Assembly: GCA_951406725.2 (NCBI GenBank)
Contig: OX597819.1
Coordinates: forward strand, 41,850,001-41,914,000
Source of the DNA: Octopus vulgaris
Lineage: Eukaryota
Direction of reading: 5' to 3'
Length of the DNA: 64,000 nucleotides
Within the stretch, counting starts at the first letter, position 1. Each line of letters starts with the position of its first letter. Below the pieces are notes generated by a model. That model was not told the origin of the DNA. It ran no database searches and worked only from the letters and a program-made list of their open reading frames with translations. The translations under genes and the position numbers were made by a program. Positions 52,539 to 64,000 of this stretch are shown here, piece by piece.

Positions 52539-53661
52539 CTTTAATAATAAAAATTTTGAAATTCAAAACAAAACAATAAGGAGTCACTGTTATAAAACTT
52601 CACTGCCATTTCAAGTATCAATTCAATCAATTATGTATTTACCTTTCACCGATGAAAATTCTGTTTCACTTAATCTAACTACATATTAGGGATTTTAATC
52701 TAGTTTAACTCCACCTCCTGCCTTTTGGAAACCTTTAGCAGAGCTACTCTATTGCAGGAGTGGCTGTGTGGTAAGTGGCTTGCTTACCAACCACATGGTT
52801 CCGGGTTCATTCCCACTGCGTGGCACCTTGGGCAAGTGTTTTCTAATATAGCTCTCGATCAACCAACGATTTGTGAGTGAATCTGGTAGACAGAAACTAT
52901 GTAGAAGTCCATCATATTAGACAGACAGACAGATAGGTAGGTTGGTAGGTAGGTAGGTAGATAGGTAGGTAGGTAGGTTAGATAGACAGAGAGAGAGAGA
53001 GAGAGAGAGATCATCCTTTTTACAATTGCTTTCCATGCTGGATATAATACCGAGTACTTTTGCAGTCTCTTTTTATTCTGAGTTCAAATTCCGCCAAGGT
53101 TGATAAATAAGTACCAGAAAAGTACTGGTTCGATGTGTTCCTATTCAACTTATAGCCTTCTCCAAAACTTTGAGGCTCTGTGACTTTGTTAGAAAACAAT
53201 AGTATAACACTGATAACAATTAATCTAAAAACAAATCAAGCAATTTCGTAAATATAATCTCTGTACGAAGTTTACGATCAAAAGCTACCAGAAATTAAAA
53301 TAATTCAGGACATTTGAAATGGAAAACAAATGTTATGAATTATCTAGGATTTTTATACGAGAGGTTTGTATATTATATTTCAAAACGACTAATATATACA
53401 CACCTGAGTAAACAAACTTAATCTACAATCGTTTTTTAAATTATTATTATTATTATTATTAATTACTAATATCATTAAATACTTAAATAATGTAATATTT
53501 TGTGGTTGGGGAAGTCTTTATTTATTAATTATTAATAAAACTGGCAACTGGATCGCTTGTCAATTTAAATGTGTATATTTTATTTGCAGATATAGTTTTT
53601 TAACTCTCACGGTTAAAATACAAAATAAGCGTTAATATTTCTAATGAAGACTTAACTTAAC

Positions 53662-53748
53662 CTTTTTAATGACATCTTGCCGAGCCTGTCTTAACTGCTC
53701 CCGTTCTTCTTCTATCGCAAAACAACTTTTAAAAGCAATTGGTTCCAT
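53662..53748 (-). CDS. CWF19L2: CWF19L2 coding exon 1 (MEPIAFKSCFAIEEEREQLRQARQDVIKK)
   Basis: ATG at 53748; resembles the F.SA..IEE..EQ.R.AR..V N-terminus; donor GTTAAG. Confidence 0.9.
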
Positions 53749-54000
53749 TTTCGCTTAATGTTTTCGACAGGAAAATATTATACCGGTGTAATAGTCTCCA
53801 TTCTAAACGGTGTTTAGTAAAACATTGAAACCAATTAAATTTTTACCGACAAGTTATTTATTTCAGTTTTCTCCTAACGAAATTAATGGTTATACATTCT
53901 TGAGTGCTTTAATATTTTTTCTCATAAGAGCTTTTTTTTTCAACGATGCACTTTCGATGCTTATCATGAAATGAATAAGTTTATTTTTATACTAGCTTAA
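53749..54000 (-). promoter_or_regulatory. Probable 5' UTR/promoter of CWF19L2
   Basis: Repeat-free and relatively CpG-retaining segment directly upstream of the ATG; positional inference only. Confidence 0.35.
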
Positions 54001-54879
54001 AAGCCACCCTCCTGTGGAGGGGTCTTCATTGGATCTTGGGCCCAACAATGACACTTCATGCATTGAGTACATATTAAATTTTATTAAACTTGACCAATAT
54101 TTTCCAAGCAATCAGCAATTTTCATCAAAACAATGATATAATTTGTCGACTTGGAACTTATTGCAAAGCTGCATGATAAACATTTTTTGTCTTTCCATTC
54201 AGAGGTTAGTACAATTTTTTTTTCCGTCTAACCTCTCTCTCTCTCTCTCTTTCTTTCTGTTGATTGTTTTCAACTATCACCATCACCAGTTCCACCAACA
54301 TTGCCATCGACACACCATTCAGACTTCTGACGCCACCACCATCAAGGCCTTTGTCTTCGCAGTCTTCCCCTTCACCACCATCACCACTGTCTTTCACATC
54401 GCTTACTATCACCATTGTCCCTGACTGCTTCAGCCACCACCACCACCACCATTATCACCGTCACTTCTGCCTCTATCACAACTACAGCTTGTACTATTAC
54501 TATTACTCCATTACCATCACAGCCATCAATCTACTAGCATCTCTACGCCTACTGTTACTCTCCCCCCAAACATGAGCAATAGTAGGAGCGTCAATGAATC
54601 ATCATCATCATCATCATTGTTCGACCGTGGTCGAGACTTTCATAGTCTTTTCAAATGGCTAATAATGTGTGCGCGCGCCACTACTACACACATTGGAAAG
54701 CATTGTACAACCAAGTACTAAAGAAGATCTTTCCTCCTCCATGTAACAAAGCTGTTCCCGCTGGACGTCAACCCAGTATTTCTAAGCTACGGACCCAGTG
54801 ATTTATTGTAAGGTTATCTCCATAGCAGATTGCCTTCACTACGGCTAAGGAGCCCTTTCTACCCCATATTAAAAATACC

Positions 54880-55350
54880 TTAACCCTTTCGTTATTGTAT
54901 TTCTGTTGAGATGCTCTGTGTTTCTTTCAATTACTTTAAATATAACAAAGAATTTAGTAAAATAACTAAGTTATCATTCAGCTAGTGTTAGGAACATAAC
55001 TTGCGACTTAAGGTTTCGTGGAAGATTTTAATTCAAAACTTATGAAAACAAGACATTTGTACTCAGAGCCAGAGGTGGTTTCAGCTGGGTTGGTATCAAA
55101 AGGGTTAAATTAATCATTTGTTAACCCTTTTGTTACCATATTTCTGTTGAGATGCTCTGTGTTTCTTTCAATTACTTTAAATATAAACAAAGAATTCAGT
55201 AAAATAACTTAGTTATCATTCAGCTAGTGTTAGGAACATAAATTATGACTAAGCTTTGGTGGAAGATTTTATTTCAGAACTTATGAAAACAAGACATTTG
55301 TACTATAGAGCCAGAGGCAGTTTCAGTCGGGTTGGTAATGAAAGAGTTAA
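54880..55350. mobile_element. Two tandem ~230-bp TTAA-flanked MITEs (54880-55108 and 55121-55350)
   Basis: TTAA-CCCTTT ... AAAG(G/A)G-TTAA ends; the two copies are colinear and similar. Confidence 0.85.
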
Positions 55351-55529
55351 GTTATTTCAACAGGGTGGAGATAGTCATATAGATTGTTGATAGGGTGTTT
55401 CCACAGTTAGTCTTTCCCATGTGTATACATATGTGGTTATATAAGATAAATTTTTTTCAAAGAACTAATTTTGATATTAAGTGTTACTCGTTAATATGAA
55501 AACACAGAATAGTTAATTAATATTTTTAG

Positions 55530-56570
55530 AGAGATTGATTTCCCGCAGATAATCTCGGTAATATGGTTGGTGTCTTGTATGAAAGCGTTTGTGTGTAAGT
55601 ACATAAGTTACATCTTTCAGAGAATGATTTCCCACGAAGAGATGGCCATGAGGCATTTGCTTTGCAACCACATGGTTTGGGGGCAGAGTCCCATTAACAG
55701 CACCCTAGGCAATTGCCTTCTGTTCCTAGGCTGACCAATGCCTTGTGGGTTAATTTGTATGAATGTGTTTGACCTCGCTAGCGCTGGGCCCATGTCAAAA
55801 GCACCCAGTACACTTTGTAAAGTGGTTGCTATTAGGAAGGGCCTCCAGCAATAGAAACCATGCCATAGCAGACAGTAGAGCTGGGTGCAATCCCCTGGCT
55901 TGCATGTCAAAAACCGTTCAACACATGCCAGCATGGAAAACAGATGTTGAATGAGGATGATGGTCAGTCACATAATTTATTCCTTGCAAGGGTAATGTTT
56001 GTGAGCAGTTAGAAGTCTTCTTTGCAAGAATGCTTTACCACAGGTGTCACAGCGATATGGTTTCCTTCCAGTATGAATGCATTTGTGTTGACTTAATTCA
56101 CCACTTTGGGCAAAAGACTTACCACAGATATCAGTGATAAGGTTTCTCTCCTGTATGAATTCGTTTGTGTCTAGTCAAACCAAAACTTGCAGAGAAAGAT
56201 TTACCACAAATGTCACAGTGATATGGTTTCTCTCCTGAGTGAATCCGTTTGTGAACAGTCAGGGTACTTCCCCATGAGAATGATTTCCCACAGATATCAC
56301 AGTGATACGGTTTTTCTCCGGTATGAACACGTTTGTGCTTAATTATGATGCTACTTTCAGAGAATGATTTTCCACAGATATCACAGCTGTACAATCTCTC
56401 ACCTGTGTGGGTGAGTTTGTGTCGAGTCAAGTGAAACCTGCGTGAGAACAACATACCACAGATATCACAGTGATATTTTTTCTCTCCTGTGTGAATAAAC
56501 ATGTGTGTAGATAAGGTACCTCTCTGAGAGAATGATTTACCACAGACATCACATTGATAAGAATAGTGAG
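55530..56570 (-). pseudogene. C2H2 zinc-finger array: 5 intact fingers, a frameshift, then decayed fingers split by a SINE insertion
   Basis: ORF 56131-56592 has repeated CDICGKSF...H...HTGEKPY; 2-bp loss near 56132; further fingers at 55990-56130 and 55530-55635. Confidence 0.8.
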
Positions 56571-57774
56571 AGAGAGGATCAAAGCGTGACACACTGACAC
56601 ACAGAAATTAGGTTTTGCATTTATTATATTAGATGTAACTAGATGTACTACCCAGCTTTGCCTGGTAAAGTATTCAGGGAATTGTTTGTCAGTTTGTAGA
56701 ATAGGAATTCACGGTACTTATGCATGTATATATATTTAACCTAACTTCTGAACTTATTTAATTGGAACTATCCAAACAATAGTAATTAATTTACATGAGT
56801 AGAGGCTTTTTTTAACAATTTTTATCCCGAAAAACCACCTGTTAGTTTTGTTTTAAAGTGAAAGATGTATGAGCGTGTATATGAAATGGACATGTGTGTG
56901 TGGTGGTGGGGAGTGTATGTGTATGTGTTCTACTTACACATACTTGAGAACACATACTTTCACTCACTCACACTCTTTCTCTCCCTCACACACACACACA
57001 CACATGCCTACATGCATACAAAAAAGATGTATGCATATGTATTGTATGTATGTATGTATGTATACATGACAATGCACCCCTTCATACACTCTCTCTCTCT
57101 CTCTCTTTTTCACACATACACATCCATTTCATATACATGTACATACATCTTTCACTTACTCCTCTCTTTCACTTTAAAACAAAAGTAAATAGATTTTTAA
57201 AAATTACGGAAATAAATGAACTCTGGATGATGAAATCACATTCCATTAAAAATATTTCTAAATGATTAAAATATTGTGTACATCAAAAAATCAACGGTTT
57301 TTTTTTCTTACAGAGCACAAAGACAATGTGTGTGTATATGTCACAGATAGTGAGTGTGTTTGTGTTGATTGACGAGCCATGACATTCATTATATGTGTGT
57401 GTATTCTGTATGTGTTTGTGCGTGTTGAGCTCATGGAAGACATGTATTTTTTTCATCAAGAAATAACAAAAATTGTGTTTAATCATTTAAATAGAGGTCC
57501 AAATGTTTCAAAAATTTGTACTGCACAGCTGAAGGCAAGTATGAAAATAAATATATAAAAAAAAATTAAGACAAAATATACTATTTCTGAGATATTTCAG
57601 ATACACACAAACATCCCAAGATGATCTCACTACTGTCTTCTAAATAATACCTTTTAGAGCAATTGGAAACACTCAGAGTCTCATTTCTTACACCAGTACA
57701 GCATCACGTCTAAAGCAGAAGTTTTTAACCTTTTTACAATTTCATTCTCCCAAAGAATTTATCAAGCTATATAT

Positions 57775-58300
57775 CATCAACATCATCATCGTTTAATGTC
57801 CACTTTCCATGCTAGCATGGGCTGGACGATTTTGACTGAGGACTGGCGAACCAGATGGCTGCACTAGGCTCCAATCTGATCTGGCAGAGTTTCTACAGCT
57901 GGATGCCCTGCCTAATGCCAACCACTCCGAGAGTGAAGTGGGTGCTTTTTATGTGCCACCGGCATGGGGGCCAGTCAGGCGGTACTGGCAATGACCTCGC
58001 TCGAATCTTTTTACACATGCCAACAGCACAGGTGCCAATAAGGCGACGTTGGTAATGATCACGCTTGGATGGTGCCCTTTTATCTGCCACGGCACAGAGG
58101 CCAGTCAGGCGGTACTGGCAATGACCTTGCTCGAATCTTTTTACACATCCCACCGGCACAGGTGCAAGTAAGGCAACGTTGGTAATGATCATGCTCGAAT
58201 GGTGCCCTTTTACGTGTCACCAGCATGGAAGCCTGTTGGCTGCTCTGGCAATGATCACGCTCGGATGGTGCTCTTGGCACCCTACTAGCATGGGCACAAG
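57775..58300 (-). mobile_element. RTE-3'-tail element with internal tandem units
   Basis: Close relative of 31868-32400. Confidence 0.85.
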
Positions 58301-59169
58301 TCCCAATATATATATATATATATATCCTACTCTTTTCGCCAAACCCTGTCAAAATCATCGGCACTTGTCCTATTATGTGCCAGTATTACTTCAAAGTATG
58401 TCAGTAACTTGGTTATACTTTAGTAGAAACAGAACAGGCAAGAAAAGTATAAAGATTTTACCATATCTATTTGTAGGAATGACACAAGACATTGAGTCCA
58501 ATTTTAATTCTCTCATATCTGCACTGGAGCAGTTCAAGCAAAAAATATATCCTTCAGTGCTTGTATACAACACCATAACTCCTGCAAGACTATCATCTGA
58601 ACTGTGAACAATGTTTCTCTACATTGCACAGCTGATGCACCCCCCCCCCCCCATTTACCTTATCTTCTGAAATGAAGTCTGAAAGGATCTCTTCTAGCTT
58701 TGCAGAATACTCCTTTCCTCCATTTCTCACCATGAAGTTCTGTGAGCAATATTCCCCGTTTGTTTCCCACTTTGCATCAAACAGCCTGCTGCACAGACAT
58801 GGTAAATCACCTCCAAAGTTCTTTTTTATTTTGTCTGTCTGTGTGTTTGTGGCTTCTAGGATCTCAGGCATCCTCCATCCAATTGTGCTCTAATTTGATA
58901 TGTAGATACCGACAGTATCAGGGCGTGTATAAGTCTTGAAAAAATTACAAAAATCAATTCCGGGTGAGAATGTGATCAATAAAGCCATTTTTGTCCTGCT
59001 TTTCTTCTGTCAACCTGTACATAACTGCACCTTCCATTTTTTTGTTGTTTTTGTATTGCTTAAAGGCATGTTTCTTTCCTGCCAAGCTTACTGTTTAAAC
59101 CATGTTTGTGTTCTCCCAGTCAACAGCCTTCTCATTACTAGTACTTTAAACTCTTTGATTGCATATCTA

Positions 59170-59345
59170 AAATAATAATAATAATAATAAAACATTGTGT
59201 ACAATGCTCAGGTGCACTACAACTCATCTAAAGTGTATGTATAGTACATAGGGTAATGTATAAGCGTCAGGAAAAGAACAGTGCATGAGTCATGACATAC
59301 ACATATGTGTATGAGTATGGAAGGGGGACAATCAGATGTAGTTTC
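59170..59345 (-). mobile_element. CR1 3' UTR fragment
   Basis: Reverse complement resembles 15195-15343 (gtgcacctgagca, ATT tail). Confidence 0.7.
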
Positions 59346-60439
59346 GGAAAGCATGAGGGCCTTATTTCTTTGGAATAGAAAGAAAGTCTATCTTTATTTC
59401 TTCTTTTGCTGGTGTTTCAAATTTAGGTTAAATCAATGTTTGTCAAAGGGGAGGCTTATAGGACGGTCGGACAAGTTATTTTGAGAAAATCTAGTTTAAA
59501 TGTTTGACAACTCAGCACCATCCATAGGACGGGGGGTATTTTGCTCTTATCCTTATATATGTTAACACTAACTTAACTGTTTTCTACATAATCTAGGATA
59601 GTTGTGTGTGTAGCAGCTGTATTATCTTAGATATGTGTGCAGTACATCTGTGTGGGTTGCTCTTGCGAGTTGATGAAGACCAGCTACAAACCAGGGCTGT
59701 TAATATTTTTTCTGATTTTAAAGCAGCAGTTTTGACAGTCAGTGCTGGAACTAGGCTGGTAAGATCCTAAGCTATATAAAGCATGGAGACCCCTTATTGA
59801 AAACATGTATGCCTTTTAATCCTTTTGAAACCCTAAGCTGTAGTGTGTTCAGTTTATACCTAAATCCCACACAGTTGGTAGTGTTATAGCTGCATGGTTG
59901 CTTTAAAAGATCATCAGAATTTGTGAAATCTAGCATAAGTTTCAGTGTTTTGTTGTTATTCATGAATGCGGAATTGTACAAGATTGTTTCTTTGCCCCAT
60001 TTAAGAGCATTTTCAGAGTGTTTATTTATGGAAGCAGTGTATTCTGGCAAGATATGTCTATACTGTCTATAGAGGACACTCGTTTTAAATCCGGAGAGAT
60101 GAGTGGCAATATTTAAAACTCATGTGGAGCTTTCCAGAAAGTTCCGGCCAATGGAGTTGATATTCAGTTTGAAGTTCTGCATTTTAATTCTAATACAAAA
60201 AAAGTTTTTTTTTTATGAAAATAAGAGTTCTAGAGGGTTGCAGTTTTTGGAATGAGAATTTAAATGACAAGTTTGTTTTAAGATTATGGCTTAGTAGGCA
60301 TGGTGCAATAAGGAAAAGCAGATAAACTGAACTGGATTGGATGATAAACGGGTTTTTTTTTTAAATCTGTCAAGAAAGCAGTACCCATGACCCATTACAG
60401 GGCCTCTGAAACTTGTCGGTGAGAGGAATGAAGGTATTC

Positions 60440-60654
60440 TTAACCCTTTAGTATTCAGATTACTCTGTCAAATGTAAAGCTTATTTATTAACATTGTTTT
60501 GAATTAATCATGCATCATCTCATAGCTTCAAGATTTTGATAACGTGATTGTTTTTTAGAATAATATTGTAGGGTAAGTGTGAGAGGATGGATCTAACCAG
60601 CTTGAGCATGAATTTTTGGACCACGTATAGCTGGTTTAAATACAAAGAGTTTAA
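60440..60654. mobile_element. TTAA-type MITE, same family as 26742-26968
   Basis: ttaaccctttagtattcagattactctgtcaaat ... aaatacaaagagtttaa. Confidence 0.7.
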
Positions 60655-63600
60655 ACTAGAAACCTAATCTGAATGCTTCCAAAACAATAGACTTTTCTCA
60701 AAGCACCCAGAGTGTCAGGTGTAAGTATTATGTTGGGTAGAGGATTAAATCTACCATCCAAGTAGGCAATAGCAGGATTTGAACTAAGCAAACAAAGGAA
60801 CTGGAACAAATACCATAAGGCATTTGGTGAAACATTCTTACATTTCCATCAATCCAACACCATGAATTAATACTTTTATTTTTAAATTAACCTTGAAAGG
60901 ATGAAAGACAAAATTAACCAGTGGCATTCAAATTATTTTATTCAGGAGCTAATACCATTGTAGTAACAATAAAAGAGACAGAGGTATAATGTTTTCAGTG
61001 GGTGTAAGTATAAATGATAGAAGAGACAAAATAATGGCTTCAGCAGGTTGTTGTAACAAATTTAAGAGACAAAGGAGTTATACAGTAAGTTAGTGGTTGT
61101 ATTGTTAGTGTATCAAAGGTTCATTAATTAGAGGATGTTTTAAAGTTTAGTTTCCAGATTGACAGTTTGCTTATGGGAAGCTAACCAATCCTAGGCATGT
61201 AATCGGTACTTGTGTGCAGAGTACTTCTACCTTGTATAGGGTCGGCAGCTGTCCATAACCAAAGAAGTTTCTGCTCAGGGAGAGAAAGCCAAGAGTTTGG
61301 TTACTCTCTTATAAATACGAAGTCACCACAAACTATAACTCTTAATATGCAAGACAGAAAGTGCAGGGAGAGTATGTGCTTTAAAAGGCAGATAAAGGAG
61401 TAAAGCACTATGCCTATAGAGTTCCTGTGAAGAGCAGTCACACCAGGTATTATTGACTTTGGCTGTGTGGTACGAAGGCACAGATGTGACTGTCTGGTAA
61501 TAAGTTTGCTTCTCAACCACATGGTTTCAGGTTCAGGCCCACTGCATAGCAACTTCAGCAATTGTTTTCCACTATAGCTGCAATTTTTGTGGTGGGTCTA
61601 GTAGAAACTTGTATATCTTGTTTCAGTCATTTGACGGCAACCATACTGGGGTACTTGAAGAATTTCTAGTCAAATGAATCAACCCCAGTATTTCATTTTT
61701 TTTTAAAGCCTGGTGCTTATTCTATTGGTCTCTTTTGCCAAACCACTAAGCTACAGGAATGTAAAAACACCAACAGTAATTGTCAAGTTGTGGTAGAGGC
61801 CAAAAACAGACACACACATGTCAGGCTTTTTCCAGTTTCCATCAACCAAATTCACTCACATGGATAGTAGAAGACACATACCTAAGGTGCCACACAGTAT
61901 GTGTATGTGCATGCACATATGCCCTTGTTCTGATATCACATGATAGTGGTAAGCAAGCACTGTCTGTTTTCAATCTTCTGTGAAAAACGTCAGTCAAGGG
62001 GAAATATACAAATACTTGAAAACAGGTGAGAGTTGGCAACAGGAAGGGCACCCAGTCATAAAAAAAAATCTGCCTCAACATATTTCATCTGACTCATGCT
62101 AACATAAAAAAAGAACATTAAAACAATGGTTTTGAAATACATAACAGAACATAGCCACATGAGGTTTGTGGGACGTCTCATTATTCAAAAGAAAATAGAG
62201 ATGTCAATAACAAAACAAAAAAAAAAATCAAAACAAATCAAATTTCATTCCAATACTTTATTTTTCATTCTTTAAATTCCATTTTTTTTCCTTTTCCAAC
62301 AGAAAAACCATTTTAAGAAAGAGGAGTTATTCATATATGATAACAATGTCTCAAGCTACAATGGTTCATAAAGGTGCTTAGCTCTGAATTCTGTAGCATT
62401 ATGTAAATAAAATGTGTCTCCCTTTGAATAAGAAATTAGTCTATCTCAGGTAACAATTCCTGAACATCAACTAGTACCACCTATTCCAACTGGGTCGAAC
62501 TGAGGCACATAACATTAGTGTCCTATCCAAAGACACAAAATACTTGCTGCATGAGCAGGTAGGCAGTTCAATAACTTAATTATTCACTTGGTGATTTCAT
62601 GTCTACAGATGACAACAGCAATGGGTGAGGAAAAAAATGAGTGTCATGTTGGTGCAAAAAGGGAAATAACTGACAAACATTCTTTTCTCAAATTAAGTTT
62701 TAATATTTCCTTTGAAGAGTGGATTATGAGGAAAATGGAAAAAGAAACAAAAAAAGAAAGAAAAAAGCCAAAGGGAAAGAAGTAAAAATCTTTCCTTTTT
62801 TTTAAATTTCAAAAGGAACGGCAAATAGATAATAAGACTGGTTTCTTTCAAAATAAAATCTTTGGAATAAATCATGAAATAACAACCCAATTTTCATTCT
62901 AAGAAAAGAAAGATAATGAAAAACAAATTAGGATATACATAAGAAACTCTTTATAATATTACTTTTACTAACAAAAAACAACAATGGGAGGAAAGAATAA
63001 ATATAAAAATATACAGACAACAAAAAATATTTTATATACATCCAATATATATAATTATTACAGGTTGTGCTTCTGCAGGAGAAATTTATAAATATATTTC
63101 TTTATAAACTGAATGATTTGATAGTGTATGCAATTATACAGCTTCACATTTAACAAACAGAAACCAAAAGAAAAAAAAAAGGTGCAGTTACCTGCTTTGA
63201 ATACAATAATACACAAGGATATTACAATGAGGAAAATTTTAAAACAAGTGGCTCTAACCAAGTAGAGGTATGAAAGGAGGAGAGAGAAGTCTGGCAGCTA
63301 GATACATTTCCATGAACAATAATTGTAAGGAACATGGAAAGTTGTAAGAATAATACAAAACTATTTCAAAGAAAAAAATAGAACTTAAAGAAAGTGAACA
63401 TAAATTCGTACTTTGGATTAACAAGGTAACTTTGTTTTTCAAACAAGGTGATGGAGGAAAAAATGTGATGGCAAAATAGCTAAGAAGTTATAAAATCTGG
63501 AATCCGAGAAAACCTGTAATGGTCTGCATCGGTAACAATAAGTTCACAGAAGAAAGTATGGTTACTGTAAAGAGTGTAGAATCCAATGCTTCATGTTGTT

Positions 63601-64000
63601 ACCCTTTGTCTAAGAGTGAGGAAGGCAGAGTGAATAGAAGTACTGCTTAGGTCAGAGGTATATAAATGAAGAAGGAATTGTAGCAGGAGGAAGATCAAGA
63701 TAGAGAGAAATAGAGTAATAGGGTGACTAGTTACAGGCTCTTTTCAACTTCAATTCTTGAATTTGCAGTTCTTTCACTTCATTCATCTGACTTCTGGCCC
63801 CCTCACAGCACCTCTCTTTCCACTCTCCCTATAACCCACATCTTTCCACTCCTATTTATTTACCTTACAGGCCAGGTAACAACAGACCAACAGCAACACT
63901 TTGTTTTGTCTCTTCCATTTTTGGACAAAGGTCTGAAATATCAGATTCTACAGTTTTGTAGGTGCCAATTATCTTTCAACAACAATAAATTCCAGTATAA

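Noticed and set aside
54143-54575. His/Pro/Thr-rich ORFs upstream of the gene
   Set aside because: Low-complexity (CAC/CAT)n-derived sequence with no homology cues
62100-64000. 3' UTR or exon of a neighbouring gene
   Set aside because: Repeat-poor and AT-rich, but no recognisable coding exon or splice pattern supports a call

Overview
This is AT-rich, microsatellite- and repeat-dense eukaryotic DNA. The SINE/LINE families and the C2H2 array suggest a coleoid cephalopod, probably Octopus (inference). Most of the window is one minus-strand gene encoding CWF19-like protein 2 (CWF19L2). I reconstructed 17 coding exons by hand from the ATG at 53748 down to 12502, all with GT-AG boundaries and consistent phases. 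The terminal exon was not found and probably lies left of the window. The introns hold CR1-type LINE fragments, many RTE fragments and RTE-tail elements, tRNA-derived SINEs, hAT and TTAA-type MITEs, long palindromes and a 76-bp tandem array. The most notable element is a near-intact RTE-clade LINE (about 7783-12443, +). It has a 144-bp direct repeat in its 5' region, an apparent spliceosomal intron whose removal joins an upstream ATG in frame to the EN-RT ORF, a single 1-bp frameshift, and a PHD-like zinc finger inserted in the RT region. Upstream of the gene lie a decayed C2H2 zinc-finger array and an unidentified coding-like relic. No database searches were possible; family assignments rest on recognised motifs.
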